Assembly: GCA_963751345.1 (NCBI GenBank)
Contig: CAVVUS010000014.1
Coordinates: 32,001-96,000 of the forward strand
Origin: an uncultured Chloroflexia bacterium
GTDB lineage: Bacteria; Chloroflexota; Anaerolineae; B4-G1; SLSP01
Length of the DNA stretch: 64,000 nt
Reading direction: 5' to 3'
Below are positions 1-9,756 of this stretch, one piece after another. Under the pieces are notes generated by a model that was given only the letters and a program-made list of their open reading frames with translations, was not told the DNA's origin and searched no databases. Position 1 is the first letter of the stretch; each line of letters opens with the position of its first letter. The translations under genes and the position numbers were made by a program.

Positions 1-572
1 ATCACGACGATGCGGGCATCGCCTAACTTCCCGTCCTGAGGGGAGGAGAGAGAGGTCACCGCGTCGGGGCTGACCTCACCGGCGAGATTGAGGCCGTTCA
101 TCTGGGGGCGCTGGAGGACGCGGGCCAGCAGACGCTCCGCGTCGAGGTCGCCGCCATCCGTGGCAATGACACCGCGCATCGCGCCGTAGGTGCGCAGGTG
201 GCGGGTCAGGGCGCGCGTATCGATGCCCTCAATCGCCACAATGCCGGCGTCGGCCAGATAGTCGGTGAAGGAGCGATTGGCCCGGTAGTTGAACGGCGTG
301 CGCACCGCGCGGTGGACCACAAAGCCCGCGACCTGAATCCGGTCGGACTCGACGTCGTCCGGGTTCACACCGTAGATACCGATCTCGGGATAGGTCATCA
401 CCACGATCTGTCCGCGATAGGACGGATCGGTCAGCACCTCCTGGTATCCGGTCATGCCGGTGTTGAAGACCAGCTCGCCGAACGACTCCCCCGCCGCCCC
501 GACCCCGCGGCCCGAAAAGCGCGTGCCGTCCTCGAGGACGAGCAGGGCGCGGGGGGTATTGCCTTCACCCAT
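1..572 (-). CDS. carA: Carbamoyl-phosphate synthase small subunit (3' end outside window)
   Basis: Manual translation from ATG at 572: MGEGNTPRALLVLEDGTRFSG...GELVFNTGMTGYQEVLTDPSYRGQIVVMTYP...GIDTRALTRHLRTYGAMRG. AGAAGGAG RBS upstream. Confidence 0.95.
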   Translation of the reverse strand, partial: MGEGNTPRALLVLEDGTRFSGRGVGAAGESFGELVFNTGMTGYQEVLTDPSYRGQIVVMTYPEIGIYGVNPDDVESDRIQVAGFVVHRAVRTPFNYRANRSFTDYLADAGIVAIEGIDTRALTRHLRTYGAMRGVIATDGGDLDAERLLARVLQRPQMNGLNLAGEVSPDAVTSLSSPQDGKLGDARIVV

Positions 573-598
573 TGGAAATCTCCTTCTAGCTCTTTGCT

Positions 599-1780
599 CT
601 AGGCCGCCAAGACCACGCTGACCTTCTCAATCACCGTCTCGATGTCCGCTTCGCTGATGACCAGAGGCGGCAGGAAGCGCATCACCGTGGCGCCCGCAGG
701 CAGGGCCAACACGCCCTGCTCGGCCAGCGCCGCGAGATAGGCACCCGACCGCTCGCGGAGTTCCACGCCGACCATCAGACCCATCCCCCGCACCTCGCGG
801 ATCACGGAGGCGTCCAAGGCGCGGAAGCCCTCCAGCAGCCGCGCGCCCAGGTTGGCAGCGCGCTCGGGCAGGTGCTCCGCCTCCATCGCGTGGATCGTGG
901 CCAATGCGGCGGCACAGGCCAGCGGGTTGCCGCCGAAGGTGCTGCCATGCACGTGGCCCGGGATCTCGCCGACGCGCTCGCCGATCAACGTCGCGCCCAT
1001 CGGCACCCCACCGGCCATGCTCTTGGCGATGGTCATCAGATCGGGGCGGAGGCCATAGTGCTCGCCGGCAAATAGCTTGCCCGTCCTCCCGAACCCTGTC
1101 TGTACCTCGTCGACAATGAAGAGCGCGCCGTGCTCCCGGCAGAGCGCCTGCGTACCGACGAGGAACTCCTCGCTCCCGGGATTCACGCCACCCTCGCCCT
1201 GCACGACCTCGACGATCACCGCCGCGGTCTGATCATCTACCGCCTTCGCCATACGCTCCAGCCGATCGTAGGGCACGAAGCTGACGTCGGGGACCAGGGG
1301 CTCAAAGGGATCGCGGTACTCCTTGCGCCAGGTCGTCGAGACCGCACCCATCGTGCGACCGTGAAAACCGCGCATCGTGGAGATGATCTTGGTCCGGCCC
1401 GTGCCGAGACGCGCGAACTTGAGTGCGGCCTCTACGGCCTCGGTGCCCGAGTTGCAGAGGAAAACGCGGTCGAGACCCGGCGGCGCAACGCGCACCAGTT
1501 CGGAGAGCAGCTCTGCTCGCATGTCGTTGTAGAAGCCGTTGGGCGCAAGGAAAAGCCGCTCGGCCTGCGCCTTGACGGCGGCGACCACGGCGGGATGGGC
1601 GTGGCCCATATTCGCGGCGCCGTGCCCGCCAATGCAGTCAATGTACTCGGTCCCATCGATGTCCCAGATGCGCGCGCCCTCGCCCCGAACCAACACGATG
1701 GGCTGCTTTCCATAGACGCCGCTCTCGTGCTGGTCTTCCCAGGCGATAAGTTGGTCGCGGTCGGCGTGTGTGTTGTTCAT
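599..1780 (-). CDS. lysJ: [LysW]-aminoadipate/glutamate semialdehyde transaminase (class III PLP aminotransferase)
   Basis: FLCNSGTEAVE, DEVQTGFGRTG, AKSMAGG and HGSTFGGNPLA motifs; located in the lysW cluster. Confidence 0.9.
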   Translation of the reverse strand: MNNTHADRDQLIAWEDQHESGVYGKQPIVLVRGEGARIWDIDGTEYIDCIGGHGAANMGHAHPAVVAAVKAQAERLFLAPNGFYNDMRAELLSELVRVAPPGLDRVFLCNSGTEAVEAALKFARLGTGRTKIISTMRGFHGRTMGAVSTTWRKEYRDPFEPLVPDVSFVPYDRLERMAKAVDDQTAAVIVEVVQGEGGVNPGSEEFLVGTQALCREHGALFIVDEVQTGFGRTGKLFAGEHYGLRPDLMTIAKSMAGGVPMGATLIGERVGEIPGHVHGSTFGGNPLACAAALATIHAMEAEHLPERAANLGARLLEGFRALDASVIREVRGMGLMVGVELRERSGAYLAALAEQGVLALPAGATVMRFLPPLVISEADIETVIEKVSVVLAA

Positions 1781-1814
1781 GTGAGCCTCCTCGCATGAGC
1801 TTGAAGCTGATCCG

Positions 1815-2621
1815 CTACTTGATCACCGTTCCCTGCCCCGACAGCGCCGTCACTACCGGCTTGTCGATGCGCCCGTCGGCCAGAATCACCTGGCCCACGC
1901 CCTCCTGCAGAGCCTCCGTGGCGCCCAGGACCTTGCGCTTCATCCGCCCCTCGGCATACCGGTCGAGGTAGTCCCCGGCCTGGGCCTGGGGGATCTCCTC
2001 GATCAGGCTGCCCTCGTCCTCGACGTCGCGCAGCAGACCGGGCACGTTGGTGAGAATCACCAGGGTCTCGGCACCCAAGGCGGCGGCGATGGCCGCTGCT
2101 GCGCGGTCGCCATCGACGTTCAGCGCCTCGCTCTCATAGCTGATGGCCTGAGGCGCGATCACGGGCACAAATCCGGCCTGCATCACGGCGGTCAGCACGC
2201 CGGCATTCACCTTCTCGATCACGCCGCTGAACTCGTCACGCAGAATCTTGGTCCTGCCGGCCTCGCGGATGCGCAGGAACGACTTGCGCCGTCCTTCCAG
2301 GAGACGCCCGTCGATGCCGGAGAGCCCCACGGCATTGACGCCGAGTTGCTGGAGCCGCTCGACCAGTAGCTTGTTGATCTTGCCGGCGGTCACCATCACG
2401 AAGATCTCCAGCGTCTCCCGATCCGTGTAGCGACTGCTGTGGCCCGAGACCGAGGTGACAAACCGCGGCGGATGTCCGAGCTTCTCGGAGATCACGTTGG
2501 TCTCGTGCGAGCCGCCGTGCACCAGCACCACCTGCTGTCCTTGCTTGACGAGATCGGCGACATCCTGGCAGACCGACTCGGTGTCGACGCCCTCACCGCC
2601 CCCTACTTTGATCACGATCAT
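1815..2621 (-). CDS. lysZ: [LysW]-aminoadipate/glutamate kinase
   Basis: VIKVGG, LVHGGS, SRYTD and NVDGDRAA amino-acid-kinase motifs; GGAGG RBS before ATG 2621. Confidence 0.92.
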   Translation of the reverse strand: MIVIKVGGGEGVDTESVCQDVADLVKQGQQVVLVHGGSHETNVISEKLGHPPRFVTSVSGHSSRYTDRETLEIFVMVTAGKINKLLVERLQQLGVNAVGLSGIDGRLLEGRRKSFLRIREAGRTKILRDEFSGVIEKVNAGVLTAVMQAGFVPVIAPQAISYESEALNVDGDRAAAAIAAALGAETLVILTNVPGLLRDVEDEGSLIEEIPQAQAGDYLDRYAEGRMKRKVLGATEALQEGVGQVILADGRIDKPVVTALSGQGTVIK

Positions 2622-2725
2622 GGTTGCCTCCAAGACGAAGCTCTCAGCTGTCAGCCTTCAGCAGGGAGCCTTATCAACTGTCCCTAGTCCCTGGCGTCAA
2701 GCTCAGTTAAGCTAAAGGTTGTGGT

Positions 2726-2812
2726 TGTCATCCTGAGCCGAGGCGTACGATCTCTGTACTCGGCGAATACTCCTTCACGTCCCCACGCAGCGTGGGCACG
2801 TTCAGGATGACA
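2726..2812. repeat. REP-like intergenic inverted repeat
   Basis: TGTCATCCTGA (2726) ... TCAGGATGACA (2812), with an internal CCCACGC/GCGTGGG hairpin, between lysY and lysZ. Confidence 0.6.
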
Positions 2813-2822
2813 GGTCCTCAAA

Positions 2823-3878
2823 TCAGGCTAATCCCTGGCCATAAATAGGATGTAGTCCCGGGAACTCGAGCCCCAGCTTCTCATTCCAGCCGTACATCAC
2901 GTTCATCGACTGGACGGCGCTGCCCGCGGCGCCCTTCATCAGGTTGTCGATCGCCGAAATGACCACGAGGCGACCGCCCTCGGGATCGGCCGCGAAGCCG
3001 ATGTCACAGTAGTTCGAGCCGGAGAGCAGCTTGGGTTCCGGATAGCGGTGGATGCCGCGGCGCGACCGCACCAACCGCACGAAGGGCTCGTCGTTGTAGT
3101 CCTCGCGGAACATACGCCAGACATCGCGCTCGTCGATAGGTTCCTTGAGCAGGCAGTGACATGTCGCCAGCGCGCCGCGCACGATGCCGACGGAGGTCAC
3201 GCTGAAGTGAAAGTTGGGCTTGGCGGGATCGAGATCCAGCTCCTGGATCATCTCGCCGATGTGCCGGTGGCCGAAGGGCGAATAGGTGCGCACGACGTCG
3301 GCACGCTCGGGGTGATGCGAGGCCGGGCTCGGATGATGTCCGCCCTCCGACGATCCGACCTTGACCTCGACCACGGTCTCGCGCACGATGCCACGCTTGT
3401 AGAGCGGGCGCAGCGCCAGGTTAGTCACGGTGGCGTTGCAGCCCACACCGCTGACGTACTTCGCCCCGGCCATCTCCTCGCGGTGAAACTCGGGCAGGCC
3501 GTAGACGAAGCGCTCCAACCACTCGGGATGGGGGTGCTTGTGCTCGTACCAGCGCTCGTAGTCGGCGGGGTTCTTGAGGCGGAAGTCACCCGAGAGATCC
3601 ACAATACGCTCGGCCATACCGGCATATTTGTCGATCTGCTCCCAGGCTGTCCCGTGAGGCAAGGCCAGAAAGAGCAAGTCGCAGGGGGCGAGTTCGGAGA
3701 GCGGCACGAATTGGAGGGTCGTCTGCCCGCGCAGATTGGGGTGGACGAAGTAGGCGAACTGCCCGGCGTAGGTCTCCGACGTGATCTGGACGACCTCGAC
3801 CTCTGGGTGGAACAACAACAGGCGCAGGAGCTCACCACCCGCATAACCCGAAGCGCCGACAATAGCTGCCTTGATCAT
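2823..3878 (-). CDS. lysY: [LysW]-aminoadipyl/glutamyl-phosphate reductase (ArgC family)
   Basis: [24 protein letters not shown] and [10 protein letters not shown] motifs. Confidence 0.93.
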   Translation of the reverse strand: MIKAAIVGASGYAGGELLRLLLFHPEVEVVQITSETYAGQFAYFVHPNLRGQTTLQFVPLSELAPCDLLFLALPHGTAWEQIDKYAGMAERIVDLSGDFRLKNPADYERWYEHKHPHPEWLERFVYGLPEFHREEMAGAKYVSGVGCNATVTNLALRPLYKRGIVRETVVEVKVGSSEGGHHPSPASHHPERADVVRTYSPFGHRHIGEMIQELDLDPAKPNFHFSVTSVGIVRGALATCHCLLKEPIDERDVWRMFREDYNDEPFVRLVRSRRGIHRYPEPKLLSGSNYCDIGFAADPEGGRLVVISAIDNLMKGAAGSAVQSMNVMYGWNEKLGLEFPGLHPIYGQGLA

Positions 3879-4729
3879 ATCGCTTTCCCCTCCGCCACCT
3901 GAAGCACGTAATCCACAATCTTGGCCGCGATGTCCACGTCGGTCGCGTTGCGAGCGCCGTGGAACTCCGGCGTATGGTTGACCTCGTTGACCAGAAGGTC
4001 ACCGTCAGCATCTTCCAGCAAATCGACGGCGACGATCCCCCCACCCACGGCCTTCGCAGCCCCCACGGACAGATGCGCAATCTCGTCGGTGACCGGGCAG
4101 GGCACAGGCTCACCGCCCAGCGCAGTATTGGTGATCCAGTGCTCGGACTGGCGGTAGATCGCGTAGACGACCTCATCGCCCGCCACCATCACGCGGATAT
4201 CGCGTCCGGGCTTGTCCACGTACTCCTGGATATAGGCCACGCCGTGAAGATAGCCACCCAGGGTGCTCTTGTGCTCCAGCAAGGCCTCGGCGGCGTCACG
4301 ATCATTGACCCGCGCCAGGAGCCTGCCCCACGAGCCGAAAAGCGGCTTGAGCACGACGGGGTAGCCCATGGCCTCGATGGCCGCCAGTCCCGACTCGGGC
4401 GTGAACGCCACGGCCGTCCTGGGAATCGGCAGCCCCGCCTCCTGGAGCGCGGCGCTCGTCAAGAGCTTGTCCCCGCACACTGAGATGGTCTGGTGTGGGC
4501 TGACCGTCGGGATACCCAGACCCTCAAGCCACCGCGAGATGTAGTAGGCATTCGTGTGACTCAAGCAGCGCACCAGGAACGCGTCATAGGCGCCAGGGGA
4601 CGTGCCGTCGAACCGGAACGTCAGCTCGCGGGGATCGAACCGGTCATAGGCCACGCCCCGGTCGTCAAGTGCCGCGGTGATCAGTTTCTCCTCAACCCGC
4701 TTGCGGGAATAGAGCACCCCAATCTTCAT
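3875..4729 (-). CDS. lysX: LysX/ArgX ATP-grasp ligase (RimK family)
   Basis: [33 protein letters not shown] and EVNHTPEF motifs; adjacent to lysW. Confidence 0.92.
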   Translation of the reverse strand: MKIGVLYSRKRVEEKLITAALDDRGVAYDRFDPRELTFRFDGTSPGAYDAFLVRCLSHTNAYYISRWLEGLGIPTVSPHQTISVCGDKLLTSAALQEAGLPIPRTAVAFTPESGLAAIEAMGYPVVLKPLFGSWGRLLARVNDRDAAEALLEHKSTLGGYLHGVAYIQEYVDKPGRDIRVMVAGDEVVYAIYRQSEHWITNTALGGEPVPCPVTDEIAHLSVGAAKAVGGGIVAVDLLEDADGDLLVNEVNHTPEFHGARNATDVDIAAKIVDYVLQVAEGKAI

Positions 4730-4741
4730 GCAGGACCTCCG

Positions 4742-4912
4742 TCACTCGCCCCAGTCTTCCTCGACCTCAGGCGCCATCTCAACCTCAAGCGGGTTCACGG
4801 AGACGACCTCCAATTCGACGCCGCAATCGGGGCACACAATGATCTCGCTCTCCTCGACATCGGGGCTCAAGGTCAGCTCTGCTTCACACTCAGGACAGAA
4901 TACGGTTGCCAT
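4742..4912 (-). CDS. lysW: Amino-group carrier protein LysW (56 aa, absent from ORF track)
   Basis: [56 protein letters not shown]: two CxxC and the diagnostic C-terminal EDWGE. Confidence 0.97.
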   Translation of the reverse strand: MATVFCPECEAELTLSPDVEESEIIVCPDCGVELEVVSVNPLEVEMAPEVEEDWGE

Positions 4913-4966
4913 CAGGAATCTCCCTTCCGATATAGTTTAGTACTGCGTACACGCGCTTTGACATAG

Positions 4967-4998
4967 AAAAAGCCAGTCCCTGTCTGGGACTGGCTTTT
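4967..4998 (-). terminator. Attenuator-type intrinsic terminator in the lysW operon leader
   Basis: Minus strand AAAAGCCAGTCCC-AGACA-GGGACTGGC-TTTTT, about 55 nt upstream of the lysW start. Confidence 0.85.
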
Positions 4999-5021
4999 AC
5001 ACCCTTGTAAGCGATCTCGTG

Positions 5022-5108
5022 CTAGCTACGCACAGAGGCGCCGACCCAGCAGGCCTGGTTCAGCATAGCTCGAGCTCGTCGCTTTAGATCAAAAATGGTT
5101 GTTATCAT
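5022..5108 (-). CDS. Putative leader peptide MITTIFDLKRRARAMLNQACWVGASVRS
   Basis: ATG 5108 to TAG 5022, between the promoter and the terminator; contains AAG CGA CGA GCT CGA. Confidence 0.65.
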   Translation of the reverse strand: MITTIFDLKRRARAMLNQACWVGASVRS

Positions 5109-5123
5109 TTCAACTCGTCGAAG

Positions 5124-5151
5124 AGCATACCATAGCTCTTGTTTTTGTCAA
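5124..5151 (-). promoter_or_regulatory. Sigma70-type promoter of the lysW operon
   Basis: TTGACA-N16-TATGCT with extended -10 TG. Confidence 0.7.
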
Positions 5152-5173
5152 CCCGGCGGGGCGAAAATCGTCA

Positions 5174-5201
5174 TTGACACAGCCATACAGGTCGCTATAA
5201 T
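5174..5201 (+). promoter_or_regulatory. Sigma70-type promoter of the FtsK-like operon
   Basis: Consensus hexamers TTGACA-N16-TATAAT. Confidence 0.8.
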
Positions 5202-5206
5202 GAGGA

Positions 5207-5222
5207 TAGAACATATGTTCTA
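5207..5222. promoter_or_regulatory. LexA (SOS) box
   Basis: Perfect palindrome TAGAACATATGTTCTA (AGAAC-N4-GTTCT) immediately downstream of the -10. Confidence 0.85.
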
Positions 5223-5248
5223 CCTATAGAGTGAACGGGAGGCGAGTT

Positions 5249-6347
5249 ATGTCGCAGCAAGTCAGGCCGTATCTGGAATATCAAGCCGACCGCGTCGAAG
5301 CGGTCCTCGCCGCCCACCGCGCTCCCGGGCGCGTCACCGGCGGGACCGTCGGCCCCCGCCTCATCCGCTTCTTCCTCAACCCCGACCCCGCCACCCGCTT
5401 CTCCGCCATCAAGCGCCTCGCCGACGACCTCGCCCTCGCCATGCGCGTCTCCGCCCTCAACGTCGACCGCGACGAACACGGCGTCGTCCTCTCCTTCGCC
5501 AATCCCGATCCCAAGCCCGTCGAGCTGCTCGCGCTCCTCGACGATGTCCTCCCCATCCCCCCGGCTACCGCCGTCCTCGGCCTCACCGACGCCGGCCTCC
5601 CCCTCCTCGCCCGCCTCTCTGCCCCCGACGTCGCCCACGTCCTCGTCGCCGGCACCACCGGCTCCGGCAAGTCCGTGCTCCTGCGCACTATGGCCACCTC
5701 CCTCTGTCTCACCAACTCCCCCGACCGCCTTGCGCCTGCTGTGCATCGATCCCAAGGGCCGCACCTTCCGCTCGCTCGCTCCTGCTCCCCACCTCGCCCG
5801 TCCCATCATCTCCGATCCCCTCGAGGCCGGCGAGGCACTCCGCTCGCTCCTGCGCACCATGCAGGTCCGCGACCGCCGCGGCGAGCTCCCCGGTGAGGCT
5901 ACCCCGCGCATCGTGGTCTGCATCGACGAGCTTGCCGATCTGATCATGGCCGGCGGCGATCCGGTCGTCGAGACCCTCACCCGCCTCGCCCAACGCGGGC
6001 GCGAGGCCGGCATCCATCTGGTTGCCGCCACCCAGCATCCTGCCGCCGCGATTCTCGGCAGTCTCATGCGCGCCAACTTCCCCCTGCGCCTTATCGGGCG
6101 CGTCGCCTCCGCCCAGGATGCCTTGGTCGCTTGCGGGCGCGGCGGCACCGAGGCGCATCTGCTCCACGGGCGCGGTGACTTCCTCGCGGTCTCCGGTGGC
6201 GATCTGCCGATTCGTTTCCAGGTGGCCAATCTGCGCGAGCGCGATGTCCGCGCGCAAGTGGCGCAGGTGGGCACGCAGGAGAGCGTGTTGGCCCTGCCCG
6301 TGCGTGACGCGTCACGCGTCTCGAAAGGATCCACCCATGCGACGTAG
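5249..6347 (+). CDS. Stand-alone FtsK/SpoIIIE motor-domain ATPase (one frameshift near 5730)
   Basis: FtsK alpha-like VGPRLIRF...LADDLALAM, Walker A HVLVAGTTGSGKS, then IDPK, IDELADL and LAQRGREAGIHLVAATQHP in the next frame; GGGAGG RBS. Confidence 0.88.
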
Positions 6348-6769
6348 ATACGTTGAGGATGAACCAGCGGCGTACGAGCCGCACACGCCGCTGCGCGCCC
6401 GGCTGGCGCGCTTTTTCGGGCTGATGGGTGCGCTCTTCGCCATCACCATGGCCGTGATCGTCACCCAGAAGTTGAGCCACGACTCGCTGGCGCTCTTGAT
6501 CGGGCTCACCTGCGGCGTGCTGGCGATGCTGCCCACGCTGGCTCTGGGGGTCTTCATCTGGCGCCGCGAGGATGCCCGCCGTGCAGCAGCGTGAGCAGGC
6601 CCAGCGCCAGCCCGCGTATCCGGCGACTCCGCCGGTCATCGTGATCTCCCCTCAGGCTTTGCCGGGATACGGCGCCTCAGCACGGCCTTCGGGCAGACCG
6701 AGGCATACAAATCCCTGGGCACCGTCCTCCTCCGGGCGGCAGTTCAAGATCGTGGGCGGCGACGACTGA
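6337..6769 (+). CDS. Small membrane protein (2 TM helices plus Pro-rich tail; frameshift near 6580)
   Basis: ATG overlaps the FtsK-like stop; two hydrophobic helices, then PPVIVISPQ...RQFKIVGGDD in the shifted frame. Confidence 0.65.
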
Positions 6770-6926
6770 ACGTTGAACGTTCCTTCCGCAGCGACGATGC
6801 AATCTCGAGTAGTGCACCATTCTGCCCACTGTCTTCCCGGCAGGCAATCTGCTCGTTTCGGCGTCCTCGCATCCGGTGTACAATCGACGCAGCAGAATCG
6901 ACCCCCTACACCCCAAGGAGCCTGCG

Positions 6927-8316
6927 ATGATGCGACGCACAGAGGTGGACTTCTCAAAGATCCTACGCGACTGGGACGGTTTCGGCGTCAACTACGTCGA
7001 GGCAGCCCAGACGCGCGACTATCAGGTCGATCCCCAGGAGTACGGCGGCTTCAGCATCCTCACGGAGACACAACGCCAGGAGATCATCGACCTGATCTTC
7101 GGCGAGGACGGCCTGAAACCCGGGCCTGGTCAAGATGTTCCTCGATCCGTTCCACCAGGAAGGCGCCGGGCGCTCCGTACGATCACGAGACGACGACGCA
7201 CTGGATGCGCGACCTTCGTGCGCGAGGGGCTGCGGGTCACCCGCGCTCGCGGCGCCGATCTCTCCATCATCACGACGCTCTACGGCCCGCCGGCCTGGGC
7301 GACCAAGCAGAAGTTCATCCGCGGCCGAGATCTGGACCCGGCCCATAAGGCCGACGTCGGCGAGTACCTCGCCGCCTGGGCCCGGTATCTGTTGGACGTC
7401 GAGGGCTTCCCCGTGCGGGTCGTCTGCCTCCACAACGAGGGAGAGGACTGGATGCGCTGGCCCCTGGACGGCAGCACGGCCGACCGGCCAAGCCACGACT
7501 ACAATATGTACTGGCCCCCCGAGCAGGTCGTCGAGTTCCTCAAGCTCCTGCCGCCGATCCTGGAGGCCCAGACCATTTCCGACGTGGGCATCGCGCCCGG
7601 CGAGACGACGAACTGGTATCGTTTCTCCGAGTGGGGCTACGCCGCCGCCATCGCCGAGCGATCCTGAGGCCCTGGAAGCGCTCGGCTTGATCACATCGCA
7701 CGGCTTCAAGGGCGCCGAGCGCGGGCGCTGGTATGGCGATTGGCGGAGCAGGGCATCGATCATCCTCCGCGAGAAAGCGTCCCGAGCTTCACGCGTGGGT
7801 GACCAGCACGAGTTGGAGCAAGATGGACGTCTGGTTCGTAGACGAGATCCGCAACAACATCTACGCCGCCAAGGTCAACGGCATCATCCCCTGGGCTTGC
7901 ATTCAGCGCCCCGGCAAATGGGTGGGCGGCGATCCGAACCCCGGCACGGCCTTCGAGGTCTACGACGACGGCCACTATGAGGTGAAGCCCGGCTACTATT
8001 TCTTCAAGCAGGTGAGCCGTGCCGGCCAGCCGGGTATGGCGGTCGCGCAAGTAGTCTCCAACGACTCCGAGATCGGGCTGATCGCCTTTGCCGGACGCGG
8101 GAGCGGCAACCCCGACGCCTTCGTCATTCTCAACATGGCCGACCACGCCGTGCCGTTGGAGATCGACGTGCGGGGCACCGGCCACGCGACGTTCAGCGTC
8201 GTTCGCACAGGGCCGGACGAGGCCTACGCGGCCCTCGATGACGCTCGACGCTGCGCGAGGGCCACGTGGCCTACGAGGCGCCGGCAGGGTCCGTGACGAC
8301 CTTCACCGGCGCCTGA
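6927..8316 (+). CDS. Glycoside hydrolase, GH30-like (clan GH-A; several frameshifts)
   Basis: WDGFG start, LYGPPAW, LHNEGE acid/base motif, C-terminal beta-sandwich ending SVTTF; AAGGAG RBS. Confidence 0.65.
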
Positions 8317-8317
8317 G

Positions 8318-9088
8318 CTAGCGCGCCGTCCAGCCTCCGTCGACGAGGATGCCGGCCCCGGTGACGAAGCTGGAGGCGTTGCTGGCGAGGAAGAGCGTCA
8401 CGCCGCCGATCTCCTCGATCTCGCCCCACCGGCCCAGCGGGATCTGCGAGACAAACGCCTGATACTTTTCGGGATCGTCGAGGAGCGGGCGGTTCAACTC
8501 GGTGCCAAAGGGACCCGGCAGCAGGGCGTTCACCGTGATCCCAAACGGTGCCCACTCCAGCGCCAACGTCCGCGTGAGCTGCAGCACGGCACCCTTGCTG
8601 GTCGCATAGGGCGTGCGCTCGGGAATCGAGACCAGCGAAAGCATCGACCCGACGTTGATAACGCGCCCGTAGCGCTGCGCCTTCATATGCGGCGCGACCT
8701 CACGACAGAGCAACCAGGGTCCGGTTACGTTGGTGTCCTGCACGCGGCGGAAATCGGCCAGCGACACATCCTCGATGGCACCGCGGATGTTGATGCCCGC
8801 GTTGTTGATCAGCACGTCGATCTTGCCGAACTCCTCGAGAGTATAGGCGACCAGCCCCTGGACCTGCTCGGGCTCGGCGACGTCGGCCGCGTAGCTGCGG
8901 CAAGGTCGACCGTAAGTGTCCTCGATCTCCTCGGCCACCACGCGAACTGCCGCGGGGTCCCTGCTCGTCACGACGACGCTTGCGCCGGCCTCCGCCAGCG
9001 TGAGCGCCATCACCTTTCCCAGACCTCGACTTCCCCCCGTGATAATCGCGACGCGGCCGTCCATTCGAAATTGATCCAAGATCCCCAT
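8318..9088 (-). CDS. SDR family oxidoreductase
   Basis: TGGSRGLG, NNAG and YATSK motifs. Confidence 0.93.
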   Translation of the reverse strand: MGILDQFRMDGRVAIITGGSRGLGKVMALTLAEAGASVVVTSRDPAAVRVVAEEIEDTYGRPCRSYAADVAEPEQVQGLVAYTLEEFGKIDVLINNAGINIRGAIEDVSLADFRRVQDTNVTGPWLLCREVAPHMKAQRYGRVINVGSMLSLVSIPERTPYATSKGAVLQLTRTLALEWAPFGITVNALLPGPFGTELNRPLLDDPEKYQAFVSQIPLGRWGEIEEIGGVTLFLASNASSFVTGAGILVDGGWTAR

Positions 9089-9263
9089 CTTTCCCCCTTA
9101 TTACCTGGTCGGTATGCCATCGAACCTCCGCATTGTCGACGACTCGCCGGTCGCGTCAAGCGAGCGCCGCAGTCAAGCGCGGCTCCTAGGGTTTGCCCGT
9201 GCCATGCCGCATGGTATACTCCAAAGAGATTTGCAGAAACCAGGATGACCCTCAGGAGGAACC

Positions 9264-9512
9264 ATGGTTGACGCCGAACTTCTGGAGATTCTACGTTGCC
9301 CCCACTGTGTGAGCGGGGAGACGCGCCTCAAGGACAAAGAGGATCCAGGTGTGCTGGACCTAGTCCGCGATGACAGCTGGCTCGTCTGCCAGGACTGCGG
9401 GCGGAAGTATCCTATTCGCGAAGATATCCCCGTGATGCTCATCGAGACGGGTGAGAAGTGGATGAGCACTGCCGTCGAAGACCTGCCCGTCCCGCCGCCC
9501 GAAGAGAGCTAA
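9264..9512 (+). CDS. Trm112-family protein
   Basis: LLEILRCPHC...LVCQDCGRKYPIREDIPVML; AGGAGG RBS. Confidence 0.88.
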   Translation: MVDAELLEILRCPHCVSGETRLKDKEDPGVLDLVRDDSWLVCQDCGRKYPIREDIPVMLIETGEKWMSTAVEDLPVPPPEES

Positions 9513-9751
9513 TGTCGCGGACTCGCAGCACTTGGCCGGTCGTTGCCGTCAGTGCAGCGGGTGTACTTTTCATTCTACTGGGCCTGGTGGCACTGGCGCT
9601 GCCCACTTCCCAGGAAGGCGCGCAGGTCTGGCAGCTCGACCCACAGCACGCCGTCACCCTGATGGATGTCGCCGGAGCTTTTGCCCTGGGCCTGGGGATT
9701 ATGCTGACGTGGGTGGGCAGCCGCGTCTGGCACCACATACTGCAGGGCTAG
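9512..9751 (+). CDS. Small two-TM membrane protein
   Basis: TAATG overlap with the previous stop codon; two hydrophobic segments. Confidence 0.6.
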   Translation: MSRTRSTWPVVAVSAAGVLFILLGLVALALPTSQEGAQVWQLDPQHAVTLMDVAGAFALGLGIMLTWVGSRVWHHILQG

Positions 9752-9756
9752 ACGAC

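Noticed and set aside
4960-5120. T-box or lysine riboswitch upstream of lysW
   Set aside because: No T-box consensus (GGTGGNACCGCG) or lysine aptamer is recognisable; a leader-peptide model fits better.
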